A DNA stretch of 64,000 nucleotides from Mobula hypostoma (GCF_963921235.1 NC_086097.1:200262001-200326000), one strand, 5' to 3'. Positions 38,358 through 52,670 are shown, numbered from the stretch's first letter. The notes: generated from the sequence alone by a model not told the origin. Numbers and translations are program-made.

Positions 38358-40269
38358 TAAACTTTCTCATTGAATTATATTTAATAACACCTTCTGCAAA
38401 TAGAAGACTAGTACTTTAAGCATTAATTAACTGGATGGAGACTTTCTAATTCCATCCCTAAAAGATTAATTGTCAGCTAGATTCTCTTCTGGCTCATTGC
38501 TTCTATAGATTCCATTACACAAGAATTTGTTATTGTCAGTGGAATTCAGTTCATTCTTCATCCTGCAGGAAAAAGACTAATTGGCTATTTGTGATCATTG
38601 ATGAATCAGGTTTTCTTGCAATTAATCTGCTTACTATTTTTAAGACATAATTAGATTTAGACTTAGTTAAAAAACAAAATAAAGGAAAAGTCAATACAAG
38701 TGATGTACAGCTCCAAATACAAGTTATCCTGAAACACAAGTATGGAATTGATAGAAAAAATGTATTTCAATATAAATGTCAAGGAATATCAGAAATAGCA
38801 GCAATGTGCAGTTTAGGCCTGTGTATCTCTATTAAGGCAGAACAAACATTTACAAAGCTGGGGATTTGCATGCAAAGTGGTTGGTAACTACGGACAATTA
38901 GTTTACCACGAAAGAAAATTGCATTGACTCATTTTGTGGGTGGATAAATAATCAAATACCAACAAACAGAATAGTAATATTTGATCTAGAAATGTCTGTG
39001 TGATTAACAAAATATTTCTGCTGGGAGAAACTCTGGAGCAATTTCGAGTATAGGTCTTTTTACTTCATTAGCATGAGTGCACAAAGTACAGTCAAAAGCA
39101 AGTGTAAATTATATAATTGCCACTTGTGCAAAACTCAGGTTATTACAAAGAAACATAAATAAATCCAAGATAAAAATATATGCTTTGGACCAAGGATATC
39201 CAGACAATGTTTGCTAATTTATGGACTGCCCCCCCCCCCCCAAAGTATTCTGATATTTTAATCCATACCAGACCTAAAGGATTGTGCATAGTGATATAAC
39301 ACATTGAAACAATCAATATCGTAAGAGGTTTTTTCAGAGCGGATTCAGAGAGGATGTTTCCTCTTGTTGGAGAATTTAGAACTAGGAGTCACTGTAGGTG
39401 AGTGGTCACTGGATTTGGCAGGTATGAAAAGTTGGAGTTACAATTAAAGCAGCCATCTGATCTCACTGAAAAGCACAGCAGGTTTAAGGACCTGTGTAGC
39501 CTACTCCTGTTCTAAATACATATAGCTGTAATTTTTTTTCTCTGTTATCTCCCTGCATTTCAAAAATTGGAGCAACCAACCTACCTGCTTCCAATACCAA
39601 AGATCCTCTTCCAAATTCTCCAAGAATGTTTGGGAGGGTACAGTGTAGAGTGGGGTGAGTTCAAGAGAGAGGGCGAGGCAGGTCATGGGTGAAAATAGGG
39701 CCTGGTATATGATGGAGAGAATGCTGATAAGGAAGTATACAGGTAAATCAGTATGGCTCCTACCTAGAGAAAAATGAGTGACTTTCCGGCAACTCAGCCA
39801 GATTGAGGCTTTTTAACTAGCAGCAAAGCAGACTTCAACCTGCTGTGATTTCATGTGGGCCCTAAATCATTCCTGAACTTTATCAAGTGCTGACAAGTGA
39901 GCATCACAAACTGGTTGATGTCATGGGCAGTAAAGAAGTGGCCATAATTCCAGGCCGCTGTCCTCTGCTCCATCCTGCATGTTACTCCTGAAGCCCAAGT
40001 ACTGAAAATCCATATGAAAGAGAGTTATAAAGGGCAATGGACCAGAGGATAGACCGACCATTGGAAAACAAGAAACTTAAACATTGCGACAAATAACAAA
40101 ATACAGGAACTACATCTGATCAAAGCAATTTTTGCTGAAGGGAGATGGAAGTAGAAATTTTCTTCATTTTTCAGAACATAAATGTAAAACAAGCATTTGG
40201 AAATAATCTCCGCCCCCCCCCCCACAAAAAAAAATCTAGTTCTTATTTACAATAGAATCCAGATTCAAA

Positions 40270-42070
40270 ATAAGACCATAAGATATAGGAGCAGAAGTAG
40301 GCCATTCAGCCCATCGAGTCTGCTCTGCCATTCAATCATGGGCTGATCCAATTCTTCCAGTCATCCCCACTCCCCTGCTTTCACCCCATACCCTTTGAAG
40401 AACCTGTCTATCTCTGCCTTAAATGACCCAATGACTTGGCCTCCACAGCTGCTCATGGCAACAAATTCCACAGATTTACCACCTTCTGACAAAAGTAATT
40501 TCTCCGCATCTCAGTTCCAAAAGGATGTCCTTCAATCCTGAAGTCATGCCCTCTTGTCCTAGAATCCCCTTTCATGGGAAGTAACTTTGCCATTATCTAA
40601 TCTGTTCAGGTCTTTTAACATTTGGAATGTTTCTATGAGATCCCCCCTCATTCTCCTGAACTCCAGAGAATACAGCCCAAGAGCTGCCAGATGTTCATCA
40701 TATGCTAACCCTTTCATTCCTGGAATCATTCTCATGAATCTCCTCTGAACCCTCTCCAATGTCAGTATATCCTTTCTAAAATAAGGAGCCCAAAACTGCA
40801 CACAATACTCCGTGTGGTCTCATGAGTGCCTAATAGAGCCTCAACATCACACCCCTGCTCTTATATCCTATACCCCTAGAAATGAATGCCAACATTGCAT
40901 TCACCTTCTTCACAACCAACTCAACCTGGAGGTTAACCTTTAGGGTATCCTGCACAAGGACTCCCAAGTGCCTTTGCACCTCTGCATTTTGAATTCTCGC
41001 CCCATCTAAATAATAGCCTGCCCATTTATTTCTTCCATCAAAGTGCATGACCATACACTTTCCAACATTGTATTTCATTTGCCACTTCTTTGCCCATTCC
41101 CCTAAACTATCTAAGTCTCTCTGTAGGCTCTCTGTTTCCTCAACACTTACCACTCTTCCAAACATCTTTGTATCGTCGGCAAATTTAGCCACAAATCCAT
41201 TAATACCGTAGTCCAAATCATTGACAGACATCATAAAAAGCAGCGGTTCCAACACTGACCCCTGTGGAGTTCCGCTGGTAACCAGCAGCCAGACAGAATA
41301 GGATCCCTTTATTCCCACTCTCTGTTTTCTGCCGACCAGCCAATGCTCCACCACACTAGTAACTTCCCGATAATTCCATGGGCTCTTATCTTGCTAAACA
41401 GCCTCATGTGCGGCACCTTGTCAAAGGCCTTCTGAAAATCAACCACGTCTACTGCATCTCCTTGCTTGTAATTTCCTCAAAGAATTGCAATAGGTTTGTC
41501 AAGCAGGATTTTTCTTTCAGGAAACCATGCTGGCTTTGGCTTATCTTGTCACGTGCCTCCAGGTACTCCGTAATCTCATCCCTAACAATCGATTCCAACA
41601 ACTTCCCAACCACTGACGTTAGGCTAACAGCTCTATAGTTTCCTTTCTGCTACCTCCCATTCTTCTTAAACAGCAGTGTAACATTTGCAATTTTTCAGTC
41701 ATCCGGTACAATGCCAGAAGCTATTGATTCTTGAAAGATCATTGTTAATGCCTTCGCAATTTCTCCAGCTACTTCCTTCAGAACGCCAGACCGCATTCCA
41801 TCAGGTCCAGGAGATTTATCCACCCTCTGACCATTAAGTTTCCTGAGCACCTTCTCAGTTGTAATTTTCACTGAACAAACTTCACTTCTCTGATACTCTT
41901 GAATATCTGGTGTACTGCTGATGCAAAATACGCATTCAGTCCCTTTGCTATCTCTGCATCTCTCACTACAATATCTCCAGTGTCATTTTGTATTGGTTCT
42001 ATATCTACCCACGACTCTCTTTTACCCTTTATTTACTTTTAAAAGCTTTTAGTATCTTTTTTGATATTAG
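40270..42070 (-). mobile_element. CR1 LINE, 5'-truncated
   Basis: GTPQGSVLEPLLF..KFADDTK..WQMKYNVGKC; LGLYSLEFRRMRGDLIE; tail at 40270. Confidence 0.93.
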
Positions 42071-42071
42071 T

Positions 42072-43336
42072 ACCCAGAGATGGTCACAACGTCATATTTG
42101 CCACAACGTCATAAATAAATTGGAGATTTTGAAAAAATTGCAAGCTGCTTTATTCAAAAGAGTAGGGCATGGACTGTCTTTCTAAATTTGTGTTTAAATG
42201 ATGTGTTCAGACACTTTGAAGCCAACACGAGGATTTGTGATTCACCTTTGAATTTACAAATTCATTAGTAATTAGTAAGATGGTTCTCAAAAGGAAACTG
42301 CCTGAGACATTTCTATGTGCTTTTTGCCACTGTGATAAAATTGTCGAATTCTTCATTGAGTAATTAATTCAAGAATATTAGGCATGGCATTGCTTATTTG
42401 ACAGAATTATCCACAAAGTTTAATGAAATCAGTCTTCAATTGCAAGGAAATCATCTGAATCTGTCAAAGTCAAATCAGTCATTGCCACATTTCTGTCCAA
42501 GTTAACCCTACTTAAGTAAGACATTAGTCGTTGTGACCTTTTCCAACTTCTGAGCCTCTCTGAGTTGGAAGAGAAAGAAACAATCAAAATGATGATATTG
42601 AGGTATATTGTGCCCCCCCGGGTGAGCTGCATGAAGACATGTCAGACAGATTTCAGGATCTTCTCTCGATCTAAATTCATATGGGTATTAAATCTATTCC
42701 TGAACACTTGTAATGAGGAATTAACAGGAAGAATGGAAGAAGAATTGATCTTGCTACAAAACGATTCTGAGCTGAAGCCAAGATTACACCAAGACCTCTG
42801 GTTGCAGAGAAAAATAATATCTCTGAATGCTATCCTGCACTTTGGAAAAAGGTCAAGATGTTCTTTATTGCCTTTCCAAGATCATATTTAGTGGAGCACG
42901 GTTTTAGTACAGTTGCCCAACTTCCTTCAAAGCAACAAAACAGACTGCAAATTACTGAACGGAGACTCCTGAGTGACAATCAGCCTGATTTTGAGAAGCT
43001 GATATCACTGCACAAAGCCCATCCATCTCACTGAAACGTAAAAATGCAATGAAGTAGTGAATAGTTGAACTACTAATGTAGGTTCTAAGATTGTTGAGGA
43101 AGATTGTTTTTATTGTAATTAAAGAAATAACTTTATTTGAAGCTTTAAATAGACTTGATTAATTTTTGCAATTATTTGTCATTGCTTTGAATTTGCAGTC
43201 CCATTTTATTTCACTGTGCATTGCAAATGGAAATTCTTTATAGTTTTTATTTAATGGTCAGAAGGGGAGAGAGGGTACAGGGATTGTGGTCTGGGAGGCA
43301 AAGGGGCAGTCACCCAAAATAGTTTGGGAACCACTG
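42072..43336 (+). mobile_element. hAT (Charlie/Buster-like) DNA transposon, 3' part with degenerate transposase and right TIR
   Basis: RWFSKGNCL, IAYLTELSTKFNEISLQLQG, YLVEHGFS motifs; ends tttgggaaccactg followed by ctttaaac. Confidence 0.8.
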
Positions 43337-43639
43337 CTTTAAACAAATCTGGCCAGATCTGACCAACAAGCACCAAGATCTCATTTGGTTGGCAGAAAAA
43401 GGGCCCCACCCAACCACAGCCTTCCTCTGCAGACTTCACATCACCCGCCCCCTCCACCACCAATGTACACTGCCCTTGGTCTGTGTGGTCAAGAGTCAGT
43501 CAGTCACCCCTTTGCCAAGAGAATGTGGAGACGGTTACAGAGGCCCACGTCCAGTTCATTCTCAGCAGCTGCACATCAAAGGATTCTCTGAACTACATTT
43601 TTGCCAGGTGTGCAAAGTGAATCAGACATTAAGTGCTGC

Positions 43640-43800
43640 CACACACAAAATGCTGGTGGAACACAGCAGGCCAGGCAGCATCTATAGGAAGAAGCACAGT
43701 CGATGTTTCAGGCCGAGACCCTTCGTCAGGACTAACTGAAAGAAGAGTTAGTAAGCTTGAAGTGGTGCTTGAATTTCCAGCATCTGCAGATTTCCTCATG
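43640..43800. mobile_element. Mini Penelope pLTR insert with internal inversion and 12-bp TSD
   Basis: Inverted pLTR segment plus forward terminal ~35 bp; TSD attaa(g/c)tgctgc at 43628-43639 and 43801-43812. Confidence 0.85.
43698..43733 (-). ncRNA. Minimal hammerhead ribozyme motif
   Basis: Minus strand AGTC-CTGACGA-aGGGtctcggCCT-GAAA-CATC-GACT. Confidence 0.72.
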
Positions 43801-45159
43801 ATTAACTGCTGCTGAAAGATCATCAACTCAAGTTTTGGTCTACTCAAAGCTTGTTGGTCTTCCAGCACAGTGAGATGCCTGTAAGGGAATGCTGCCATCT
43901 GGCAAAGCCCAGGCTGCAGAAGTACATGCTGAGGGATGCACTGAAGCTTGGTACAGCTACTGCTAAGACTCTGCGGGAAGGACCACAGTCTAGGGTCCTT
44001 CTGCTACTGCACATGAAGGGGCAGAGTCAGCTGAGGAAGCCCCGTGAATAATAAAACTCAGTGGGCCACTCGGTGCCAAGTTTGTTTGTGTTTTTTCTTT
44101 AAAAGTTTATATTACTGAATATAATGTCCATGAATTTAAAAGACTTTTGCACTATTTATTTCTCTGTACTTTTTATGAAAAAAGTTTTTTGAAATATAAG
44201 ATTATTAATATTTATACTTTGTAATAGAAACTGTTTTATTTCAGAGCATTATTTTACACTGCTCTCAAACCATTTAAGATAAATATACTTGCATTTCAAT
44301 TAAAATAATTGCATTAAGAAAATGCAGCTTCTGAAGTTATGAGACAAGCTCTTTGGTTCATAACAGCCCATTGTTTGGAAATAGCTTTTAAATAACATGT
44401 ATGAATCTTGTGCACGTGCAGATGACAGTGTGGATCTAGCTGGGTGAGATCTCGGTTATCCTCCAAGCTGCAGAAAATAAATTCCAAAATAGCAACAGGA
44501 TTAAAGGAGACTAAATCAAAGACATAAAACAATCCTGATTTTCAATACTTTCCAGTATTTTACATTAGAAAAACGTAAAGGTCATGTGCACACAAAAAAA
44601 GGATCAAAATTCATTGTGAAAATTAGCCTTAAAGTTACAAAGGAGTTCTGGGGGTTAAATTAGCTCTTGTGGAACAACAAAGTGAGAACAAAAATTAATA
44701 TGATCAAGTGCTTTATCTGGCGCTTGAATTGGAAACTTCAATCGATGCCTCGGTGAACACAAAGAAAATGCAGCCTCAGGCTGTCAATTTCAGATTATCA
44801 GAGGCAGTTCAGTTGCTTTGCCTACACAATTCAAGTCTTAGTACTACATCCATTAAAACAAATTGATCTGAGTTTGACCTAGGAAATATATCATACCTCA
44901 GCTGTCACAGCACACAGTTCAGAGATTTTCCAGGGAGCTATAACGTCCATGCCACAGCTATAAATCCATGTGTCTATATTTGATAATGACATCACATAAT
45001 TCACAGAAAATTTTGAATATTGCACATTGCAGACATATCATCAGGCCACGTGGCAAAGATTTGTTGGTAGATATCTTGAGATAAGCACAGAATTCCAGCC
45101 AGTTGCAGCATTTCTGTGGCACACTTGCATAGGAAAGAAAAAATATTGCTATATTTACT

Positions 45160-45404
45160 TATTTTATTTAGACATACAGTGTGGGACAGACCTTACGGTC
45201 CAATGAGCCGTGCCACCCAGCAACCCACCTATTTAACCCTAGCCTAATCACAGGACAATTTACAATAACTAATTAACCTACCAACTGATAAGTCTTTGTA
45301 CTGTGAGAGGAAACCAGAGCACCCAGAGGAAACCCATATGGTCACAGGGAGAACAGACAGATTCCTTACAGATGGCGCCAGAATTGAAATCCGAACTGCA
45401 ATGC
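45160..45404 (-). mobile_element. V-SINE (HE1-like)
   Basis: gggtttcctctgggtgctctggtttcctctcacagtacaaagac V-domain on the minus strand. Confidence 0.75.
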
Positions 45405-47005
45405 TGTTGTGTACTTAATACATCAGTAGTATTTGAGAAATATTTTATATATTTCTTGATCAAATATTCTTGTTTGTTTAAATAATTCATTACAGGTTTT
45501 ACATAAAAGTAAGTGAATTGCATACTTCATGACACTACTGCGTGATAGGAGCATGTCTCACTGAAGTAAAGAACAACTAAGACTCGCACCTCTTGGGCTT
45601 CTGTCTTTATCATCAAATTAATATTATGTTTTGAAGTTATAGAACATGACAATGGTGATGAGGTATTTTTAACATGAACCTGAGACTGCTACCTACCTGC
45701 CAAAGCACAGCAAGATGTTCAAGTTTTAAAAAAGCAGCGCAACGCGTGAACTCAGGAAGGGAAGACAAAACCAAATTTATTAAAAAGAAAAGGTAAAAAA
45801 AAAACCAGAAGAATTCATGGGTTCATAAACAGTGAGTTCTGGGTGAAATCATCACAAAAAGAGAAAAAAATGGCTGGCTACATTGGAAAGATTGACACAA
45901 TGCATTACAGAACAGGTAACTAGATACTGAGCAAATTCAGCAAATGGATTAGCCATTGAGAAACAGCATCAGTTTTGCTGAGTGCATTGGGTTTAATGAG
46001 CTTCACTGGAAGTAATGCAGGAACATTTAGAACTGAAATCATTGTTGGTGGCAGAATGCTTGACATTTCATAAGCAGAATCAAAAGGAAGGGGAGTTCAT
46101 TTCAGCATATATGGCTGAATTGAAGAGATTGCCTGAGTATTGTCAGTTCAGTGATGGGCTTATTAATGCACTGAGAGATCATTTAGTTTGTGGAATCTTA
46201 CAAGAAAGCATTCAAAAATGGCTTCTAACATTCACAACTTACATTTAAAAGAGCATTTGAAATACCTGTATCAATGGAAACTGCAGACAGAGACACAATT
46301 GAGCTGCAGGCAGGAATGAAAGGGAACGTGAATAAAACTGTATCATCTAAACAGAAACCAGCCTGGCCAAACAAATTGTGTAACTGTTAAAAACCAGATC
46401 AATGTGGTTTTAAAAACCAAACTTGCAGAAATGCAACAAAGTTGGAGACAAGCAAAGTATGTTGAGTAGACAAAAATAAACAATGGACTGCACAGAGATG
46501 AGAAAAAGGTAAAAAGTTAAGTTGCAGTTTCAAAATGAGCACTAACCTGCATGATATTGATGAAAATGTGATAATGATTAGAGTGACACAGGACTGCGTA
46601 GCCTTTAGATTTACAATGTGGAAACTAGCAATAGACAAGCAATATGGCTTCCATCAAAAGTGAATAGCAAATAAATTTAAAGGGAGTTGGCACCGGTTTG
46701 GGCATTCCAGTTATTCCACACAGTGAGTTTGCATGGAATTTCAAAGATATTCAACGGAAGCTGGCATATATCCAACTAAGAACTTGTACTGGAGAAATAA
46801 TAACTCCTGTGGAAGTGTCATTTGTCACAGTGAAATACAACAATCAACAAGCTACATCGGGCTTGTATGTGGTAAAACAGGAGGGTAAGCATTGTGGGAT
46901 CGGTGTGGCTGAGGCAACTACAACTTAATTAGAGATCCATCCACCATTTGCATGCCACATCCCTTGCAACAGAGTCAACTGAAAGCAAATTAAGATAGGC
47001 ACTGA
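45405..47005 (+). mobile_element. Degenerate Gypsy element D (Mag-like): LTR 45405-45651, PBS, gag and protease relics
   Basis: tgt..aca LTR followed by tggtgatgag; FHKQNQKEGEFISAYMAELKRLPEYCQF..ALRDHLVCGI; QLRTCTGEIITP. Confidence 0.8.
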
Positions 47006-47059
47006 GTGATAACTGCTATAACTGTCTCCGTGCTGTACATCATAAACTGTTGTCCAACA

Positions 47060-47585
47060 GAGGCCGAACAGGTATTGGTGCCTCTGGGTGGAAGGACCAT
47101 GCTGCTCAGAGGAATTGGGAAAGCAATGAAAACAGTGACCCGACTACAACAGTTTTTGTTGACAACATATCTGAGAAAGCTTCTAATATGTTATTCATAC
47201 AGTTACTTGCAAAATTTAGCTTGGTTTTAAGCTGGAGGAGAGTTCAAGGAGCTTCATAAAAGTTGCAAGTATTTGGCTTTTGTGAGTATAAAGAAGTAAA
47301 ATCTACTCTGTGTGCATTAAGGTTATTGCATGAACTTCAAGTGGGAGACAAAAAGCTGTGAAAGAAGATGCAAAGACCAAAGCCCAGTTGGATGAATGGA
47401 AGGCCAAAAAGAAAACAGTCAATGGAGATATGAAAACTGCGGATTCATCAGATGATGTTGTGGATGAGGAAGCCAAGAGGAAAGATCAGATTGTAAAAGG
47501 AGCAATAAAAAGATTAAGTAGAAAATACTCCAATGAAAAATGCATCTTCCCAAGATCAAGATGCACATCCCAGAAAGAAGAAAAA
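47060..47585 (+). pseudogene. RBM25: Processed pseudogene fragment of RNA-binding motif protein 25 (RRM region)
   Basis: PTTTVFVDNISEKASNML..LVLSWRRVQGAS*KLQVFGFCEYKE..LRLLHELQVGDKKL/VKEDAKTKAQLDEWKAKKK..DQIVKGAI; stop at 47257-47259, frameshifts, no introns. Confidence 0.9.
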
Positions 47586-48889
47586 CTGCACCATAACTTC
47601 CTGACTGTTGAATTAAATGCTTCTGTTAATATAGGCAAACATACCACATGCCTTCTTAACCATCCTATCAATCTGTGCAGCCACTTTCAGGGAGCTATGA
47701 ACTTGGACCCCAAGTTCCCTCTGCTCATCAACAGTGTTAAAGTTCTTGCCATTATCAGCGGACTTGACCTACCAAGATGGCTGGGTTAAACACCATCTGC
47801 CATTTTTTAATGTTCTTGGGTTTGTGGACCAGAAATCTCATGGCAAAATGGAAGGTAGTGTTCTTAAAATATTAAGTGTGCGTCTTCAGGCTCCTGTACC
47901 TCCTTCGTGGTGGTAGTAATAAGAAGAGGGCATGGCCTGGGTGGTGAGGGTTTTTGATGATGGATGCCGACTTCTTCACCCTTTCCACCACTGACCCCAC
48001 AATGAGGACTGGTGTATGTTCTTGTGACCTAAACTCCTTGAAGTCCAGAGTCACTTCTTTGGTCTTGCTGAAAACGTGTTGCACCTGTGTTCGTTGTCAC
48101 CTGCCCAGCTAAGAATACAATTGCAGCAGGACTGTAGTCACAATGAAGACACTCCAAAAACTAATCAATTCAGGTAACCTGAACTGCTTTGCTTAGAGAT
48201 TTCCACAATAACGTTGAGAAAGTATCCTACCTAATAATTATTTCAAGGTTATTTGGATTTTAAAAAATTACATGGATAGACATTTTTCCGAAGTAACATA
48301 TTATAAACGCTCAGTGAATTCTACTTCCAAATTTTTGATTCACTTACAGATCTCCTTAAAGGCAGGCATCTCGTTACATAAAAGTTATATTCCTGAGAAA
48401 TATCTGCAAGCTGGTTTCTGCATGTGAGAAATATCCCTTTTTTTATAACTATTCCATCCCCAAATTGATAAGTAGGATGGTGAGTACAGTACTGAAGCCA
48501 TTATATTTGATTGCACAGTATATGTAAAGTTATTGGAAGGTATTCTCAGGTATTCGGATAGACATGGAGTGATTAAGGTTAGTGAGCATTGCTTGTGCAT
48601 GGTAGGTCTTATCTAACCAATATTATGGAGTTTTTTGAGGAAGTTAGCAGTAAAGTGCATGAAGGCAAGGTAGTGGATGTTGTCTACATTATTGATACCT
48701 TCAAATTTTTCATAGTTCTGGCCATTTCTGGTATCTTCAAACCTGAATGCTTGAAACCACTGTGAGCAAAACAATTCTAACTTGTCTTACTGTTTACTTC
48801 TCACCAACCATCAGTAACAAAATTCACTGCTTTCTGAACACAAACGCTGCTATTTAAAATCTGTTCACTCTAATCCTATCTTCCTGTGG

Positions 48890-50140
48890 TATTGGACCCT
48901 TTCCAGTTTGCTTAAACTCAAATCGGACCACCAACAATGCCATAATCTTTGTCCTCCATTCCACCCTGTCCCACGTGGAAAATAGTGCCTCAGGATGCTG
49001 TTTATCAACTTCCACTTGGCATTTAATATGATCGTCCCTCAGGAGCTGGTCGGTAATGTGTTTTCATTGGGTCTCAGCACCATTTTCTGCACCTAGATCT
49101 TGGACTTCTTGACAGAAAGATCACAGTCAGTCCATGTTGGCAGCAAATCTCTAACTGCATCATGCTGTGTTCTGGCGCTCCCCAGGGGTGCATGCTCAGC
49201 CCACTGTTGTTCAAGCTGCTGATGCTGACACATAACTGTACTGCTGGATCCAGCTCAAACTCAATCATCAAGTTCGCTGATGATACAACAATAGTTGGTC
49301 TCAATAATAATGATGAGATGGCAGAGAGGAAGCAGAGAAGCTTGTAGAATAATGTGAGCATAACAGATTACGTCTCAATGTGGATGACACTAAAGAGATG
49401 ATTGTGGACTTTAGGAAGGTGCAGGCTGACCACTCCTCACTCCATGTAAAAAGATTCTCTGTGGAGAGAGTTAGGAGCACAACATTCATGGGAATGAGCT
49501 TAACAGATGATCATACTTGGTCCCACAACACCACGTCTTTAGAAAGATAAGCCCAACAGCATCTCCACTTCCAATAGAGATTGAGAAAAGCGAGGCTTTC
49601 CCCGATCCCACCATTGTAACATTTTTTTTTACCGGAGCACCATTGAAAGTGTCCTGACCAGCTGCATCACCATTTGGTGTGGGAATTGCAAGACATCCGA
49701 CCACAAAACCCTAGAATAGATTGCAAGGATTGTTGAGAGGATCACTAGGGTCTCTCTTCCACCCATCCGAGATATTTATCAGGCACCCTGCATATATAGG
49801 GCCCCAGCATTTTCAATGATCCCTCCCATGTGTCCCACAATCTCTTTGGCTTCCTACGATCAGGCAGAAGATACTGTAGCATTAGGGCAATAACTATTAT
49901 GATGGAAAACAGCTTCATCCCCCAGGCCTTGAGACTACTGAACACCCTGCCATCACACAGTTCTCATCACTTATGAAGCACCAGTACCATTACGCCATTT
50001 ATTTTTTAACTTGTGTTGTAAATGCACCTTAGGCTAAATGTCAATCTTCTGGAATATATTTGTTATTTATTCATTTATTTGTAGTAAATCACTCTTATCT
50101 GTTGTATGTACTGTGCTGTGCACCTTGATCTGGAGGAACG
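48890..50140 (+). mobile_element. Rex1/Babar-like LINE RT fragment
   Basis: GAPQGCMLSPLLF..SNSIIKFADDTTIVGL; TKEMIVDFRK. Confidence 0.85.
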
Positions 50141-50837
50141 TTTAATCCTTGCTTGAACTTGGATTTGCATAGTCAGATCATCCATAACCCAAGGAGTTTT
50201 CTATAAATGTGCAAAATCACCTTGTCTCAAAATTTTTAAAGAGAATAAGTGGTTGTATAAACCCAACTCAAGGATTGCTGATCCTATTTACAATGTCCTC
50301 AGAGGCATTGTGAAACATCTGACATGTCTAGCAGAGAGGTTACCACACTACATGATTGTACTAGACAGTAATAATTTCCAGGAAGTAAATCTGTTTTGAC
50401 ACATACACGGATTTACTATCGGTTACAATACGTAGATACATGTGTCATAATGTAATAAACTGAGTAGAGGTAAGCAAAGGTGAGATCAGATCAATGGCTC
50501 TAAACACTCTATTAATAAGGCTTTCTTTCTGTCATTTCCACATTTGTAAAACATTAATTCTTAAAGACCGATTATTGTTATTCAAGAATACCACAGTCCT
50601 TGTATTATGTAAGTGTCCAAGAGAATAAGGCAAACTAGGTAGACATTATGTAATATGTTTAAAAATAATTCTTACATTTCTATAGAAACAGTTCCACAGT
50701 TTCTAGTCACTGCGTCAATAGGCATTGCAGAAGGCCTTTGCAGGTGAGTATGCTGAGAGAGGCAATGAGAGATTGGGACAACCGTAGCATTTCTGTGCCT
50801 TCTAGCATCAGTGACGAGCTACACCCATAGTATTTGC

Positions 50838-52670
50838 TGTCATCATGGCTATCCCTCGAGGTCGAGGATGATAGTCTTCATTCTGTTGATCTACTTATGG
50901 GCTCTCAAGTGGCTTATGAGTCCAATCTTGGCTTTGAAAGTTTTTCTGCATTCAGGGCAGGTAGTTCCAGATGGCAGATCGGGCTTTTGGTTGTTGCTGC
51001 CTCTCTTTCCATTTTCTTCTCTTTTCTTCTAATTCTGCACATCTGTTGGCTTCAAAAGTTGCTGTTCCTTCTCGAATGATGACTTACCAGAGTTTCCTGT
51101 CCTTGGCATTGGTTTCCCAATTGTTGATGTCGATGTTACATTTCTTCATGTTGGCTCTTAAGACATCTTTGAATCTCTTCTGTTGTCTGCCTCTTTTACC
51201 CTTAACTTCTTTAAGCTGGGAATAGAAGATCTGTTTCGGCAGACGTTCATCTTTCATCCGAACAACATGACCGCTCCATTTAGTTGGTTCTTGATGATGT
51301 AGGCTTCAATGTTTGTTGTTTTTGCTTCACTTAGCATGCTGACGTTGGTTCTTCTAGGTGTTTCGAAGACGGCATTGTTGGAACTTTTCAAGTGCCTTCA
51401 GATGTTATCGGTATGTTGTCCAGGTTTCTGATGCATGCAGGAGCGTTGGGATTACCACTGCTTTGTGCACTAACATTTTGGTGTCTGTTCAGATGTCACG
51501 ATCATGAAAGACTCTTGTTCGGAGACATCCAAAGGCTGTTCTGGCGCATTTAAGACGATGTTGGATCTCGTCATTAAGGTTGACATTGGAGGAGAGGTGA
51601 CTTCCAAGATACGGAAAGTGGTCCACGTTTTCCAGGGTTGTTTTGCCAAGTTGAATTGATGGTTCTATCCAATTTGTCTCAGTTGATGACGGTTGATAGA
51701 TAACCTGAGTCTTCTTGGAATTGATGGTGTCCAAGTTTCATAAATGCACAGTTGAAGGCAGTCAGAATTTGTTGTAGGTGGTTTTCTGAAAGAGCTGCAA
51801 CACTGTTGTCATCTGCGTATTGGAACTCGATGAGGGAACTCGTGGATGTCTTCATTTTGAACTTGAGACGGGTAAGATTGAAAAGTCTGCCATCTGTTCT
51901 GTAGACTATTTCGATTCCTGGGGGTAGGTTGTCCTTGATAATGTGGAATATTGCTGCAATGAAGATGGTGAACAAAGTTGGGGTAATCATGGATCCCTGT
52001 TTTACTCCTGATCTAACTTGAAAAGGCTCACAGTTACTGTTGCTGACCATGACTGTGGCAAGCATGCCATCACGGAGGAGTCTCAGGATTCAAATGTACT
52101 TTTCAGGGCATCCATAGGTGGATAGGACATCCCAAAGGAGTTCCCTTGATATTGAGTCAAAGGCTTTGGTGAGGTTGATGAATGCCATGTACAAAGGTTG
52201 AAGATGTTCAAGACATTTTTCTTGTAGTCACATTGTGAAGATCATGTCAATTGCTCCACGTGATGGTCTAAAACCGGCTTGTGTTTCCGGAAGGATCTTC
52301 TCAGCTAAAGGCTTGAGCCGGTTGTTCATGATGCGGGTGAGGATCTTTCCTGCTGTTGCTAACATGGAAATTCAACAATAGTTTCCACATTCAGGTTGAT
52401 CGCCTTTCCTTTTGTAGATAGTAACAATTGCTGAGTCTCTAAAGTCTGCTGGTACGTCTTCATTTATCCAGATCTTAATGGGAAGTTGATACAGTTGATA
52501 ATGAAGCGGGTTACTTCCATTTTTGTAGACCTCGGCTGGTATTCCATCAAGTGCAGCAGCCTTGTTGTTTTTCAAAGTTTTGATAGCTTCCTTGACTTCT
52601 TCAAGTGTTGGTATTTTGCTTAGGGAGTCATCAACGGGCTGTTTAAGAACGTTATTAATCATATTCCTGT
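50838..52670 (-). mobile_element. RTE-clade LINE, 5'-truncated, degenerate
   Basis: KAAALDGIPAEVYK; GVKQGSMITPTLFTIF..YRTDGRLFNL..YADD; FPYLGS. Confidence 0.9.

Larger units (their letters stand above)
43345..44200 (+). mobile_element. Tx1/L1-clade LINE 3' fragment
   Basis: LVFQHSEMPVRECCHLAKPRLQKYMLRDALKLG; AT-rich 3' end. Confidence 0.6.
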
